From positions 9,384-73,383 of the forward strand of contig JBBQAQ010000015.1 of assembly GCA_038316435.1 (NCBI GenBank): a stretch of 64,000 nt of DNA. Reading direction: 5' to 3'. Below, in pieces: positions 20,252 through 28,722 of the stretch. Numbering within the stretch: the stretch's first letter is position 1; the number at the start of each line of letters is the position of its first letter. The DNA is from Bacteroidales bacterium (lineage in GTDB: Bacteria; Bacteroidota; Bacteroidia; Bacteroidales; GCA-2748055). The position numbers and the translations under genes were made by a program. The notes under the pieces were generated by a model. That model worked only from the letters and a program-made list of their open reading frames with translations, had not been told where the DNA came from and did no database searches.

Positions 20252-21088
20252 TTAAATTATAAAGTTTAATGGTTCCTTAAATTTTTTACTGTCCCGGATT
20301 ATTGCCTTATGCTGGCGATAAACTACAGAATGCGGTAAAACACTTTCTGTAAGCCATACATTTCCTCCAATTACAGTATCATGCCCAATTACAGTTTTGC
20401 CACCCAGAATAGTACTTCCGGCATAAATAATCACATTATCTTCAATGGTCGGGTGGCGCTTTGTGTCGGCCATTTCCTTTTCAACAAAAACGGCACCTAA
20501 AGTAACTCCCTGATACATTTTAACATTATCACCAATCTGTGATGTTTCACCAATTACAATACCTGTTCCGTGGTCGATAAAAAAGTTTTTGCCGATGTTT
20601 GCTCCGGGATGTATGTCTATACCCGTCATTCCATGCACATATTCGCTCATTACCCTTGGAAGTACCGGAACATCTAATGTATACAGTACATGTGCCATCC
20701 TGTGAACCACCAGACAAGAGTACCCGGGGTAACAAAGAATAATTTCCTCAACACATCGTGCTGCAGGATCAGATTTCATAAATGTTTGTGCATCCTCAAG
20801 AAGGTTTTTATATACTTCGGGAAGTTGTTCAAAAAATAGTCTTGCAACGTTCTCTGGGCTTTCCTTAATATCTTTTTCAAGAGGGATTAATAATTCCTTA
20901 AGCCTCAAACGCATTCGTTCGAGCCGGATTTCCGTTTCACGAAGGTCCATTTTTCTGTTACCCTTTATTGGAAATAGAAGAACCATAAGATCATCAACAA
21001 ATCGATGCGAATCAATCATTGAAGGCACATCAATACAAAATGAGTTGTTTACTGTATTAAGAAATTCCGCAAAAGTAGCTTTCATCAC
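20252..21088 (-). CDS. cysE: Serine O-acetyltransferase
   Basis: The left-handed beta-helix hexapeptide region is visible ([24 protein letters not shown]). It lies 5 nt upstream of cysK. Confidence 0.85.
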   Translation of the reverse strand: MMKATFAEFLNTVNNSFCIDVPSMIDSHRFVDDLMVLLFPIKGNRKMDLRETEIRLERMRLRLKELLIPLEKDIKESPENVARLFFEQLPEVYKNLLEDAQTFMKSDPAARCVEEIILCYPGYSCLVVHRMAHVLYTLDVPVLPRVMSEYVHGMTGIDIHPGANIGKNFFIDHGTGIVIGETSQIGDNVKMYQGVTLGAVFVEKEMADTKRHPTIEDNVIIYAGSTILGGKTVIGHDTVIGGNVWLTESVLPHSVVYRQHKAIIRDSKKFKEPLNFII

Positions 21089-21249
21089 AAAAAATTAAAT
21101 GAGATCAAAAATACATAAACTGACAGGGAAAAACTATTGTACTTATGAATTAACAAGCCTATAACAACAAGAAATGCTGATTTGTTTTTTTTCTCAGTCA
21201 AATTATTAGCAATTTTGTTCACCCGAATATTTATGAATTCTAAAAATCG

Positions 21250-21972
21250 ATGAAACGTCACATTCCCAATTTTGTAACCATATTGAATCTCTTATCCGGT
21301 TTTATTGGAATATGGTTTGTTCTCGAATACAATCCGTTTTATGGGGCACTAATGATTTTTTTAGCCGCGGTATTCGATTTTGCTGATGGCTTTCTTGCGC
21401 GTCAATTGAAGGCTTATTCGGATATTGGCAAATCACTTGATTCACTTGCCGATATGGTAAGTTTTGGGGTATTACCCGGCTTTCTGATTTTTAGGTTGCA
21501 AACAATTTCCATCGGACTTGGAACCGGCTACGAATGGATTCCTGGTCTGAAAATTTCCGAAATGCTTTTTATAATTGCTCCACTCTTAATACCGGCATTT
21601 TCTGCACTCAGGCTTGCGAAATTTGATAACGACAAACGTCAGACAGAAGAATTCAGGGGCTTACCCACACCCGCAAATGCTATGTTTATTGCAGCTTGGG
21701 TATACTCGTATCCAGCAATGCACATGGCACTTTCATGGCTATACCTACCTTGGGTAATTTTTGGAATTTCCATACTGCTGGCAATCCTGCTGGTAACAGA
21801 CATCCCAATGTTTTCATTGAAATTCAAGAGTTTTGGTTTCAAGGCAAATAGTCTTCGATATGTTTTTCTGGGATTTTCAATTGTAATTATTATTGCGTTT
21901 AAAATCCCCGGCATTCTTGCTGTAATCGCAGGTTATATATGTGTTTCGGTGGTCCGAAACCTGCTAAAATAA
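21250..21972 (+). CDS. pssA: CDP-diacylglycerol--serine O-phosphatidyltransferase (CDP-alcohol phosphatidyltransferase family)
   Basis: The family motif DFADGFLAR...G..LDSLADMVSFG (D..DG..AR...G...D...D) is present. The protein is polytopic. Confidence 0.8.
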   Translation: MKRHIPNFVTILNLLSGFIGIWFVLEYNPFYGALMIFLAAVFDFADGFLARQLKAYSDIGKSLDSLADMVSFGVLPGFLIFRLQTISIGLGTGYEWIPGLKISEMLFIIAPLLIPAFSALRLAKFDNDKRQTEEFRGLPTPANAMFIAAWVYSYPAMHMALSWLYLPWVIFGISILLAILLVTDIPMFSLKFKSFGFKANSLRYVFLGFSIVIIIAFKIPGILAVIAGYICVSVVRNLLK

Positions 21973-22329
21973 GGGTATTCTTTTTTTAACACGAACATTT
22001 AAATCACTACACTTAAAGCTAAATAAACCTGCCCTGCCAATTGGTCTAGGAACAAAAGAAATATAAATGAATTACCCTGAGGCAGAGCCATCGAGGTATC
22101 AAATGGAATTCTTATTTTCCAGCCCAGAAGGTCGGGGAATCAAACCACTTCCTTCTCGTCCGCCGAAGCGGAATGTAAAGGAGGAATCAAACCTGACAGG
22201 TCTGTTTTCTGTCATTAAAAGATTTAGCTCTTTTACGTATGGGCATTCTTTGTTGCCGAAAACCATGCATTATACATATTTTGATCTCGATTACAACCTT
22301 TTTGATTTTATTATCCACTATATAAACAG

Positions 22330-22878
22330 ATGACGAATTCGCAGCAGCAAGATCTGAGCTTAACCGACAAACAGCTTGTCAGGGGATGCCTGGAAAACAA
22401 CAGGCTGATGCAACGTGCGTTGTACGAAAGATATAGTTCTAAGCTATATACATTGATATATAGGCTAATAAGCAATCGTAGTTCAAGTAATGATGTTTTG
22501 CAGGATGCGTTCATTGAGATTTTCCGTTCCCTGGCTACCTTCAGGTTTGAATCGTCGCTATATTCTTGGATGCGCACCATTGCTGTAAGAAATGCTTTGG
22601 GCTATTTGAAAAAAAATGCCCGTCTGCAGTTTTCTACAAATGAGTTACCCGACCTGCCCTCGGATAGCTCTTACAGTTTTTCAGCCGGGGATATAGAAAA
22701 GGCTATACTTTCCTTGCCCGAACAAGCCCGAAGCGTTTTTATCCTGATTGAGGTCGAAGGATATAAACATCAGGAAGTGGCCAGGATATTAAATATTCAT
22801 GAAGGGACTTCAAAGTCTCAATTGAATTACGCAAAGAAACTTTTACGAAAAAGATTGACAAATCTTACAGATGAGTAA
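22330..22878 (+). CDS. ECF-type RNA polymerase sigma factor
   Basis: Sigma-70 region 2 (DVLQDAFIEIF..L..F...S.LYSWMRTIA.RNA) and region 4 (LPEQARSVFILIEVEGYKHQEVARILNI.EGTSKSQL..A) are both recognisable. Confidence 0.85.
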   Translation: MTNSQQQDLSLTDKQLVRGCLENNRLMQRALYERYSSKLYTLIYRLISNRSSSNDVLQDAFIEIFRSLATFRFESSLYSWMRTIAVRNALGYLKKNARLQFSTNELPDLPSDSSYSFSAGDIEKAILSLPEQARSVFILIEVEGYKHQEVARILNIHEGTSKSQLNYAKKLLRKRLTNLTDE

Positions 22879-23470
22879 ATATTTTGACGACATATTATCC
22901 GAAAAGCTTAAACAACTTCCTGTCTACCCAGCCATGGGTACCCTTTGGAACAAAATTGAAGCTGAGCTGGATGGAGATGAAACTATTCTGAAATACCTGT
23001 CGGAATTGCCTGTTCACGAGCCATCAGACAAGGTCTGGGAAGTTATAGATGCCCATCTGAGGGAAAATCACCGGGGCACCATTAGGAGAAAATTCCTTTA
23101 TATGGCTGCAGCTGTTGCATTACTTCTATTCCTGACGGTTCCGTGGTTGGTGAAGCAAAAACTCGAAATCGTTGTGGAAAATGAGTTCCTATTAAGTGAG
23201 GGCATAAATACGCCAGATACATTTGATTTAGACAATGAAAATCCTGTTGAAATGGTCGAAAACCTGTGCAAGACAGGCGCCCCAGTATGTAAATCGGAGG
23301 CTTTCAGAGAGAAGGTTCAGTTCTATTTGGAGCTAGAAGAAGAACTCCAACAACTTGAAGCCGTGATTGACCATATTGGCGGTTCCCCCGAAATCATCCG
23401 GTCGGTTATACGCATTGAAAACCTTAAGTCAGATACTTTCCAGGAATTGATTCTGCTGGTGCATTCATGA
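22871..23470 (+). CDS. Putative anti-sigma factor (single-pass membrane protein)
   Basis: It overlaps the sigma gene by 8 nt. It has one central TM helix (FLYMAAAVALLLFLTVPWLV). There is no zinc-binding HxxxCxxC motif and no FecR-like domain. Confidence 0.5.
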   Translation: MSKYFDDILSEKLKQLPVYPAMGTLWNKIEAELDGDETILKYLSELPVHEPSDKVWEVIDAHLRENHRGTIRRKFLYMAAAVALLLFLTVPWLVKQKLEIVVENEFLLSEGINTPDTFDLDNENPVEMVENLCKTGAPVCKSEAFREKVQFYLELEEELQQLEAVIDHIGGSPEIIRSVIRIENLKSDTFQELILLVHS

Positions 23471-24324
23471 AGATACTTAACTATATAGCCTTATGCCTGA
23501 TTCTTCAGGGTGCTGGTAATCTTGCCGGTCAGGAATTGCTGCATAAAGCGTCGAAAGTCGATGAAAGGACTTATGTGAAAGGAATAAGCAAGATTAGTAT
23601 TCGAGGCGAAAAGGCCTCCGTTTCGCTACAAGGATGGAACAGGAGTGAAGTAAAAGTACTTCTAAGGCCCGTATCGCGGAATACGGATAAAGAGCAAGCC
23701 ATTGCCGATCTGAAATACATTCGTTACGATGCTATTCAAGAAGGGAATCTGCTTGTGATCACAAATTCGTTTGAAGGAGAACTGGAGCAGTTTACCAGCA
23801 ACCTGAGCATGGAGATCGAAGTTCTGGTTCCCTTTTCAATGCCGGCTCAGATCACCAACCTATATGGCCCCGTGCAGATTGAAAATCTTGCTTCTGTTTC
23901 GGCAAACGTATCTTTTGGATCACTTTCGCTTACCAGCATCAGTTCGAACTGTAGTATTGCCGTTCGCTATTCCGATATCGAGCTAAATTCCATCAGCGGA
24001 AAGCTGGATATTAAGGCGGAGAAATCCGATATCAGGGCCAAAACGCTTAGTGGCACTTCCACTATAAATTGTTCGTATGGAGAGGCACATCTGGCCCTTG
24101 TCTCAAATGGAAATCTCGCCGTGAAAGCTTACCGTACCGGGCTTACTGTAGAAGTGGATGTTTTTGAAAAATTCAGGTACCTGCTTGATGCAAAAGGTGG
24201 GAATATTAACCTGCCTCAGGGAAAAAAAATCCGGGATAAAGTAGTGAATATTCAGCCTGCGGGTGCTTCAGGGCAAATTGATCTGAGCACTTCGTATTGT
24301 GATATAAGCATAATAACTAAATGA
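23467..24324 (+). CDS. Secreted beta-strand-repeat protein (DUF4097-like, putative)
   Basis: It overlaps the anti-sigma gene by 4 nt and has a signal peptide. The body is repetitive short strands (e.g. GPVQIENL, GSLSLTSI, SDIELNSISGKLDIKAEKSDIRAKT). The family call rests on pattern only. Confidence 0.45.
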   Translation: MKILNYIALCLILQGAGNLAGQELLHKASKVDERTYVKGISKISIRGEKASVSLQGWNRSEVKVLLRPVSRNTDKEQAIADLKYIRYDAIQEGNLLVITNSFEGELEQFTSNLSMEIEVLVPFSMPAQITNLYGPVQIENLASVSANVSFGSLSLTSISSNCSIAVRYSDIELNSISGKLDIKAEKSDIRAKTLSGTSTINCSYGEAHLALVSNGNLAVKAYRTGLTVEVDVFEKFRYLLDAKGGNINLPQGKKIRDKVVNIQPAGASGQIDLSTSYCDISIITK

Positions 24325-24331
24325 CCTTTTT

Positions 24332-25003
24332 ATGAAGAAATTAATTTTGGCAGAGCAGGCACGAGGCATAAACCATCGCTTTCTTTTCTCTTTTAGCTTT
24401 ACGCTTATGCTGCTTTTGAACATGGGAGCAAATGCGCAAAGTTTCAAAGATAGCCCCTATAACAAGCGTATCTTCAGCGTGAATACGGGTGCTGTTTTTT
24501 CTGGCGATGGTGACTGCATTGGAATTGGAACGTCCCTATCGCACCTGAAAACCATTGGAAAGCGGTTTTATGTAAGGCAGAACATCAACTCATGGATAGT
24601 TAACGGAGATAGCTGGATAGAAGGAGCCTTTGAGAATCAAACGGCCATTGATATCAGCACCGAACTGGGTATATCGCCCTTTAAAATGGGCCAACGATTT
24701 TTCAGTCTGCACGGGGGAATATGCGGGGCATTTCTTATAAATTCCAGTCCGTCTTACGGCGGTACATGGACAAGCTATAATAACACCACGGGGGAATACA
24801 GCTATATGCAGTATTTCGAACAGGGCTTTGAAAAGAACTTGGATGCCGGCATCACCTTCGGCCTCAATTACCACCGGCAATTTTCTTCTACACTTTACCT
24901 CAATGCCAGGGCCGATTTCAGATCTCATTTTATAAGCGGCTCAGCCATTTCAATGATTACAGTCGGGATCGGATTTGATGCCCGTGAATTTTTTAAACGA
25001 TAG
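24332..25003 (+). CDS. Hypothetical secreted protein, possible small outer-membrane beta-barrel
   Basis: It has a signal peptide ending ANAQS. The sequence is Gly/aromatic-rich with alternating hydrophobicity. I recognise no family. Confidence 0.35.
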   Translation: MKKLILAEQARGINHRFLFSFSFTLMLLLNMGANAQSFKDSPYNKRIFSVNTGAVFSGDGDCIGIGTSLSHLKTIGKRFYVRQNINSWIVNGDSWIEGAFENQTAIDISTELGISPFKMGQRFFSLHGGICGAFLINSSPSYGGTWTSYNNTTGEYSYMQYFEQGFEKNLDAGITFGLNYHRQFSSTLYLNARADFRSHFISGSAISMITVGIGFDAREFFKR

Positions 25004-25006
25004 ACC

Positions 25007-25693
25007 ATGAAGAAATCAATAATCCTTTTACTTTTGTTTGCGTTGAGCCTTTCCGGAATGAAATGTTTTTCGCAGCGGGACACAATATTACTTGAAACTG
25101 AATTTTCAAAGGCTCAGGATTTTAATTACCGCAACAAATACCGCTACCTCGATGTGCGGCTAAGCGATGAAGACAGGCTGTTGAAAATTGGAATCCAACC
25201 GTTTAAACCCAGCGACAATTTCAACTTCTTGGTATTTACCCTGCACGGAGGATTTGAGCAGAAAGTAAACACCTCGCTCTCGGCAATTACAGAAATCAAC
25301 TCCGTGATGACCTGGTCGGGCAGTGAAGCATTTCACGAACAGGCTCTGTCGATGGGCGGCCGGTACTATTTTACCAAAAGGAAGGATATTGAACTGGGGC
25401 GCAGTGGCAACAACTGCCAGGGTGTTTATGGACTCTTTAAAATGAGCGATCTGCTCTCGCTTATGACCTTCAGACTGGATAGAGTCGACGCTGATCCATT
25501 ATTGAAGGAATCTCAATTCTCGCGAAGCATAAAGGGTGCTCTTACTCCCGAAATAGGCATTGGGTTTCAGCAAAGGCTCGATTACCACCTTTATTTTGAT
25601 GCCGGAATTTCCTGTAACTATAACATTCTTGAAAATGAACCCGGATTACAGATCATCTTCCTCTTCGGGGGGATATTCAGTTATACCAAATAA
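25007..25693 (+). CDS. Hypothetical secreted protein, possible small outer-membrane beta-barrel
   Basis: It has a signal peptide (LLLLFALSLSGMKCFSQ) and an alternating beta pattern. I recognise no family. Confidence 0.35.
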   Translation: MKKSIILLLLFALSLSGMKCFSQRDTILLETEFSKAQDFNYRNKYRYLDVRLSDEDRLLKIGIQPFKPSDNFNFLVFTLHGGFEQKVNTSLSAITEINSVMTWSGSEAFHEQALSMGGRYYFTKRKDIELGRSGNNCQGVYGLFKMSDLLSLMTFRLDRVDADPLLKESQFSRSIKGALTPEIGIGFQQRLDYHLYFDAGISCNYNILENEPGLQIIFLFGGIFSYTK

Positions 25694-25703
25694 ATCATTC
25701 TAA

Positions 25704-26582
25704 ATGAAAGCAAATTTCTTCATACCCCTTATTTTTGCAGCAAGTTTGCTGGTTTCGTGTACACCTGACGACAGCACCTCGCCGGTGGCCATGTTTGCTA
25801 TGGAAACGACCCCCCGGTATATGTTCAAGGTAAACCTCGATGCATCAGCCTCATTTTCATTGGAAGATGATGATTTCCTTGAGTATCGCTGGGATATTAA
25901 TGGCGACCATCTCGAATGGGAAACGGGATGGCAGAGTTCGCCTTACCTCACTGTTCTGTTTCCGTTTACTTCCAGCGGGTATATCGGGCTCCAGGTAAGG
26001 AACAGCTCCGGTAATATCACGGAATTGTATCAGGGATTTTATGCCTTCGAAGATTTTTATGTCAGCGATACCTATTCCGACCTGGACATTGATTTCAGGA
26101 ATATACGCTACCATTTTTTTCAAACCAATTATTCCCATTCCTGGAAGTGGGCTTACGATAATATCCAGCTTCCTTCATCGGATGGCTGGTATAACTTTCC
26201 CTTGGGTATTGAACGCTCTGAATTCGGTAGCCTGATGCCCTGGGATGTGGCCGATACACTGGAGCAATTTTATAACCTGCCCACAAGGGCCAACTGGCAA
26301 AAGATGATCGATTTCTGTGGAGGAGCCGGACTGGCCGGATTTAACCTGCAAGTTAAGGCAGAGCATGGACTGCAACTCAGCTGTCCAGGCATTATTATTG
26401 ATGGGCAACTTCAGGAAAAAGGCAAAAGCGGTTATTACTGGACAGGTGACGAATATGATGCTAATTCGGCCTATGCCCTGAGGATTTCGGTAAATATTGA
26501 CAGCTGCGGATTTGTAATTCTGGACAAATCAAGCCGGGCATCGGTAAGGCTTATGTTTGAATATTTTCAATACTATAATTAA
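25704..26582 (+). CDS. Lipoprotein with a PKD-like N-terminal region and a Fib_succ_major (FISUMP)-like C-terminal domain
   Basis: The lipobox is LLVSC. An Ig/PKD-like stretch is present (FKVNLDASAS...YRWDINGD). The C-terminal GYYWTGDEYDANSAYALRIS resembles the Fibrobacter major paralogous domain. Confidence 0.5.
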   Translation: MKANFFIPLIFAASLLVSCTPDDSTSPVAMFAMETTPRYMFKVNLDASASFSLEDDDFLEYRWDINGDHLEWETGWQSSPYLTVLFPFTSSGYIGLQVRNSSGNITELYQGFYAFEDFYVSDTYSDLDIDFRNIRYHFFQTNYSHSWKWAYDNIQLPSSDGWYNFPLGIERSEFGSLMPWDVADTLEQFYNLPTRANWQKMIDFCGGAGLAGFNLQVKAEHGLQLSCPGIIIDGQLQEKGKSGYYWTGDEYDANSAYALRISVNIDSCGFVILDKSSRASVRLMFEYFQYYN

Positions 26583-26591
26583 ACCAAAATT

Positions 26592-27197
26592 ATGAACAAA
26601 CTCATTATTGCATTTATACTCCTTACAGGGTCAAGTAATCTCCATTCGCAGGAAAGAGCATCTGTCATGTTTACAGGCTCGTTTGTAAGTTTTCCGGAAT
26701 TCCGTATGAAGGGTGCCGGATACACGCTTTCTTTCCAGCAGCATTTCCTTCCGAAGTTTGCTGTTGAACTAGGAGCAGGGTATGCCCTGGCATCGCACAC
26801 CATATTAAGAGGTGAAATAGTAAATAATGTCCGTTTACTGGAATTGAATTATCATCATGCCGGGTATAACTTCTACGCAGCACCTGTACTCAAAATAGGC
26901 AATGGCAAGACCCTAAGTCTGGACCTTTTTGCCGGGGTTGTTATTAATTACCAATCCAATGTTTTGGATGAAAGCCATTATGAGATGCCGGAAAGTCCTG
27001 ACTATATAGGAAGGATAACGGATATAGTTTACGACAATAAAGTTGTAGAAGGTACATTTCCCGGAGGAATTGTGGGTTGTAGGATAAAAGCCCGAACAGG
27101 CGAAAGATGGAGGGTGTTTGGAAGTTTAAGTGCTATGGGAATTCCAAAAGGGGTTTCGTCGGTAAATGCAGGTCTGGGGGTTCAATTCAGTTGGTAA
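26592..27197 (+). CDS. Hypothetical outer-membrane beta-barrel-like protein
   Basis: It has a signal peptide and amphipathic strands. The C-terminus GLGVQFSW ends in an aromatic residue, resembling an OMP beta-signal. Confidence 0.4.
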   Translation: MNKLIIAFILLTGSSNLHSQERASVMFTGSFVSFPEFRMKGAGYTLSFQQHFLPKFAVELGAGYALASHTILRGEIVNNVRLLELNYHHAGYNFYAAPVLKIGNGKTLSLDLFAGVVINYQSNVLDESHYEMPESPDYIGRITDIVYDNKVVEGTFPGGIVGCRIKARTGERWRVFGSLSAMGIPKGVSSVNAGLGVQFSW

Positions 27198-27401
27198 TTA
27201 TTGTGAATCCTTAAACCCTCAAGGAAAAATCCCTATTATATAGTTCGGCTTTCCCATGAGATTTTTTGAGTCGAAAAGTCAAATGTAGCGCTTCACTGAT
27301 CCTAGATTATGGGATTTTCTAAAAAGCAAAACCCTCCCGCTTAAGCAGAAAGGCTTTTATTTTTGACATAGCGGTAACTCGAGTGTTTTTTAATTTGATG
27401 A

Positions 27402-27444
27402 AAAACGCAACGGAGCAAACTCATTTGCTTTTCCATTGCGTTTT
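27402..27444 (-). terminator. Rho-independent terminator candidate ending the cyd operon
   Basis: On the minus strand the sequence folds as AAAACGCAAUGG(AAA)AGCAAA-UGAG-UUUGCUCCGUUGCGUUUU, followed by UCAUC. One pair is G-U only on the minus strand. Confidence 0.55.
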
Positions 27445-27462
27445 ACAATTAAAGAATGATTC

Positions 27463-27579
27463 TTAATCCTCGGCTATTTCTCTTTTCTCAAATTGTTTCA
27501 ATGTTAGTACTATTGAATAATAGCAAAACACTATCAAAACAGGCACGGACAGGTATAATATAATTGATGTTAGATACAT
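27463..27579 (-). CDS. Small single-TM peptide, candidate CydX/CydS-like accessory subunit of cytochrome bd (38 aa, below the ORF-track cutoff)
   Basis: My own translation gives MYLTSIILYLSVPVLIVFCYYSIVLTLKQFEKREIAED. The ATG lies 11 nt after the cydB TAG and is preceded by AGGAGG. The peptide is a hydrophobic helix followed by a charged tail. Confidence 0.55.
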   Translation of the reverse strand: MYLTSIILYLSVPVLIVFCYYSIVLTLKQFEKREIAED

Positions 27580-27590
27580 AGTTTTTCCTC

Positions 27591-28721
27591 CTAATAAGTG
27601 TGTGTTTCTGTTTCCATTTCCTGAGGATCAATTTTTTTGTTGTTAATTGACCGCCAGGCATAGAAAATATATGCTAGAACAAATGGAACCAAAAGCGAAA
27701 CATAGCTCATGGCAGTTAGAGTGTAATGACTTGAAGATGCATTCTGTATATTCAGAGAGCTTTGCATGTCGGTAAGTGAAGGGTAAAAGCAGGTATTGTT
27801 AAATCCGGCAAGGATAAACACAGCAAAAACTGTAAGTACCGTTCCTAACCCTGAAAACCAGATCGCATTTTCGAAATTGCTAAACAGTGATTTGATAATC
27901 CCAAAAAGCACAAGTACAACCCCTAATAAAAGAATGATCGTATTTACAGGCATTTCAAGAAGATTGTGCAGGTATTTGTACTTCTCTTTTACAACTATCA
28001 TGGTAGCAGGATCGTAAGCATATCCCTCTAAAAAAAGCAACTTTATGAGCCAGTAAAGGAAAAATATCAGGAAAAGTAAGGTGTTCATCCATAATACAGA
28101 CTGTGCTTTCTCCAGAATTCCTGATTCATCAACGCTCTTTTGAATATAATGAATGGCGAGTATCCTTGTAAGGAAGAAAATTGCAAGCCCCAGAGCAACA
28201 TTATGAGGGTTTGTAACTGCTTCAAGACCATACCATTTTGTACTCCATTCAGAATAATTCATGTCGCTGACAACAAAATTAGCTCCATTAAAAAAGGTGC
28301 CCACTGCGGTTCCAATAAGTACTGTTCCTAAAATCCCATTAATAATCAGAAATATATCATAAGTTTTCTGACCAAATACATTATTGGGCTTTGTTCTGAA
28401 TTCATAGGCTATGGCTTGAATAATAAAGCAAAACAGGATAGCCATCCATACCCAGTAAGCTCCGCCGAAACTTGTTGAGTAGAACAATGGAAACGATGCA
28501 AAAAAAGCTCCCCCGAAAGTAACCAGTGTTGTGAAAGTAAACTCCCATTTACGGCCAAAGAGATTTGCAAGGATCTTTTTCTGAGCATTATCCTTACCAA
28601 GAGTTAGTAACAGAGTTTGTCCGCCCTGAACGAACATAAGAAATACAAGGAGACTAGCCAGTAAGGATACGATAATCCACCAATACTGCTGAAGTGCGAG
28701 ATGTGAAAGATTTTCAAACAT
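27591..28721 (-). CDS. cydB: Cytochrome bd ubiquinol oxidase subunit II
   Basis: The 376-aa protein is polytopic and lies 1 nt after cydA. The N-terminus QQYWWIIVS and the overall pattern are typical of CydB. Confidence 0.9.
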   Translation of the reverse strand: MFENLSHLALQQYWWIIVSLLASLLVFLMFVQGGQTLLLTLGKDNAQKKILANLFGRKWEFTFTTLVTFGGAFFASFPLFYSTSFGGAYWVWMAILFCFIIQAIAYEFRTKPNNVFGQKTYDIFLIINGILGTVLIGTAVGTFFNGANFVVSDMNYSEWSTKWYGLEAVTNPHNVALGLAIFFLTRILAIHYIQKSVDESGILEKAQSVLWMNTLLFLIFFLYWLIKLLFLEGYAYDPATMIVVKEKYKYLHNLLEMPVNTIILLLGVVLVLFGIIKSLFSNFENAIWFSGLGTVLTVFAVFILAGFNNTCFYPSLTDMQSSLNIQNASSSHYTLTAMSYVSLLVPFVLAYIFYAWRSINNKKIDPQEMETETHTY

Positions 28722-28722
28722 T

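Noticed and set aside
22067-22333. Tracked 88-aa ORF upstream of the ECF sigma gene, and a tRNA-like reading of the GGTTTGATTCC motifs on the minus strand.
   Set aside because: The peptide looks like translated structured DNA. The T-loop-like 11-mers lack accompanying acceptor, D and anticodon arms, so no tRNA or tmRNA can be built.
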